Below are positions 63,377-64,000 of a stretch of DNA of 64,000 nt, piece by piece. Below the pieces are notes generated by a model that had not been told where the DNA came from, searched no databases, and was given only the letters and a program-made list of their open reading frames with translations. The DNA comes from Actinomycetales bacterium. Its GTDB lineage: Bacteria; Actinomycetota; Actinomycetes; S36-B12; UBA5976. The position numbers and the translations under genes were made by a program. The number at the start of each line of letters is the position of its first letter. Position 1 is the stretch's first letter. The stretch is taken from contig JAGWXT010000007.1 in NCBI GenBank assembly GCA_018969715.1, positions 11,044-75,043 of the forward strand, given 5' to 3'.

Positions 63377-64000
63377 TCAGCCGGTGTTGCGCAGGCCCGT
63401 TGCCACCGCATTGAGCGTGAGCAGCAGTGCCCGCACGAGGGCGGGATCGGCACCCTCGGTGCCACCACTGTCGCGTAGCCGCCGCAGCAGAGACACCTGT
63501 GCGTACTGCAGCGGCAGCAGGTAGGTGTCGCGCACCCGGAGGGTCCGGGCGAGGGTCGGCTGATCTGCCAGCAGGGATGAGCCGGTCACCCACTCCACCT
63601 GCTCGCGGGTGAGCTCGTACTCCGAGCGCAGCACCTCGAACAGGCGGTGCAGGTGTCCTGGCACGAGGGTGTGCACATAGTGGGCGGCGATCGCCATGTC
63701 CGCCTTGGCCAGCGTCATCGAGACATTCGACAGGAAGTTCGCGAAGAACGGCCACTGGTCGGCCATCTGCTGCAGCGTCTCCCCATCGCCGGCCGCCCGC
63801 GCTGCCGCGAGGCCACTGCCGACTCCGAACCAGCCGGGGATGATCTGACGTGACTGGGTCCACCCGAACACCCAGGGGATCGCCCGCAGTGCGGTGATCC
63901 CTGCCGGTGCCTCAGCGCGGGCCGCCGGCCGGGAGCCCAGGTGCAGGTCGCCGATGAGGTCCACCGGGGTGGCGGTGGCGAAGTAGTGCGGCAGGTCAGG
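63377..64000 (-). CDS. ppc: phosphoenolpyruvate carboxylase, C-terminal fragment (continues beyond window)
   Basis: It ends in the PEPC-specific C-terminus ...ATGLRNTG, with the upstream block AIPWVFGWTQSR. The ORF is open to the window edge. Confidence 0.9.
   Translation of the reverse strand, partial: PDLPHYFATATPVDLIGDLHLGSRPAARAEAPAGITALRAIPWVFGWTQSRQIIPGWFGVGSGLAAARAAGDGETLQQMADQWPFFANFLSNVSMTLAKADMAIAAHYVHTLVPGHLHRLFEVLRSEYELTREQVEWVTGSSLLADQPTLARTLRVRDTYLLPLQYAQVSLLRRLRDSGGTEGADPALVRALLLTLNAVATGLRNTG

Overview
This is a 64-kb segment of a high-GC (about 70%) Actinomycetota chromosome. It holds about 62 protein genes, mostly tightly packed and often with 4-nt stop/start overlaps. I found no rRNA, tRNA, CRISPR array, transposase or integrase.

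Left part (0-14 kb): ribokinase and a DeoC-like aldolase, TerC, and a cst-like persulfide-stress cluster (TauE, rhodanese, MBL-rhodanese dioxygenase) with a divergent CsoR/CstR-type repressor and a perfect palindromic operator. These are followed by gpgS coupled to an Fe-S (6-4)-photolyase-like gene, a 5 x 20-bp tandem array, an orphan MsiK-type ATPase, an EamA exporter, a P450, SodA, an SSI protease inhibitor and a secreted HNH/Excalibur nuclease that carries in-frame tandem repeats.

Middle part (14-32 kb): a 3.1-kb low-GC island of glycan-tailoring enzymes (FkbM methyltransferase, hexapeptide acyltransferase, sugar-O-methyltransferase-like gene that may be frameshifted) abuts a complete mycofactocin locus. 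The locus contains mftF, mftR, an interposed FGGY kinase, the small precursor gene mftA, an apparent single-ORF mftB-mftC fusion, mftD, mftE and three mycofactocin-type SDRs. Next come VOC, acetoacetate-decarboxylase-like and hydantoinase genes, then a second low-GC FkbM methyltransferase gene bracketed by 107-bp direct repeats.

Right part (32-64 kb): lipase, UDG, uncharacterised membrane and secreted proteins, a lower-GC sugar ABC transporter module, and the conserved actinobacterial block DUF2342-tilS-hpt-ftsH-folE-folP-folB/folK(fused)-DUF3180-PH-PH-DUF2520-panC-nadB-nadC-coaX-lysS, ending with a GNAT gene and a partial ppc.

All functional calls come from motifs I recognise by eye. No database search was run.
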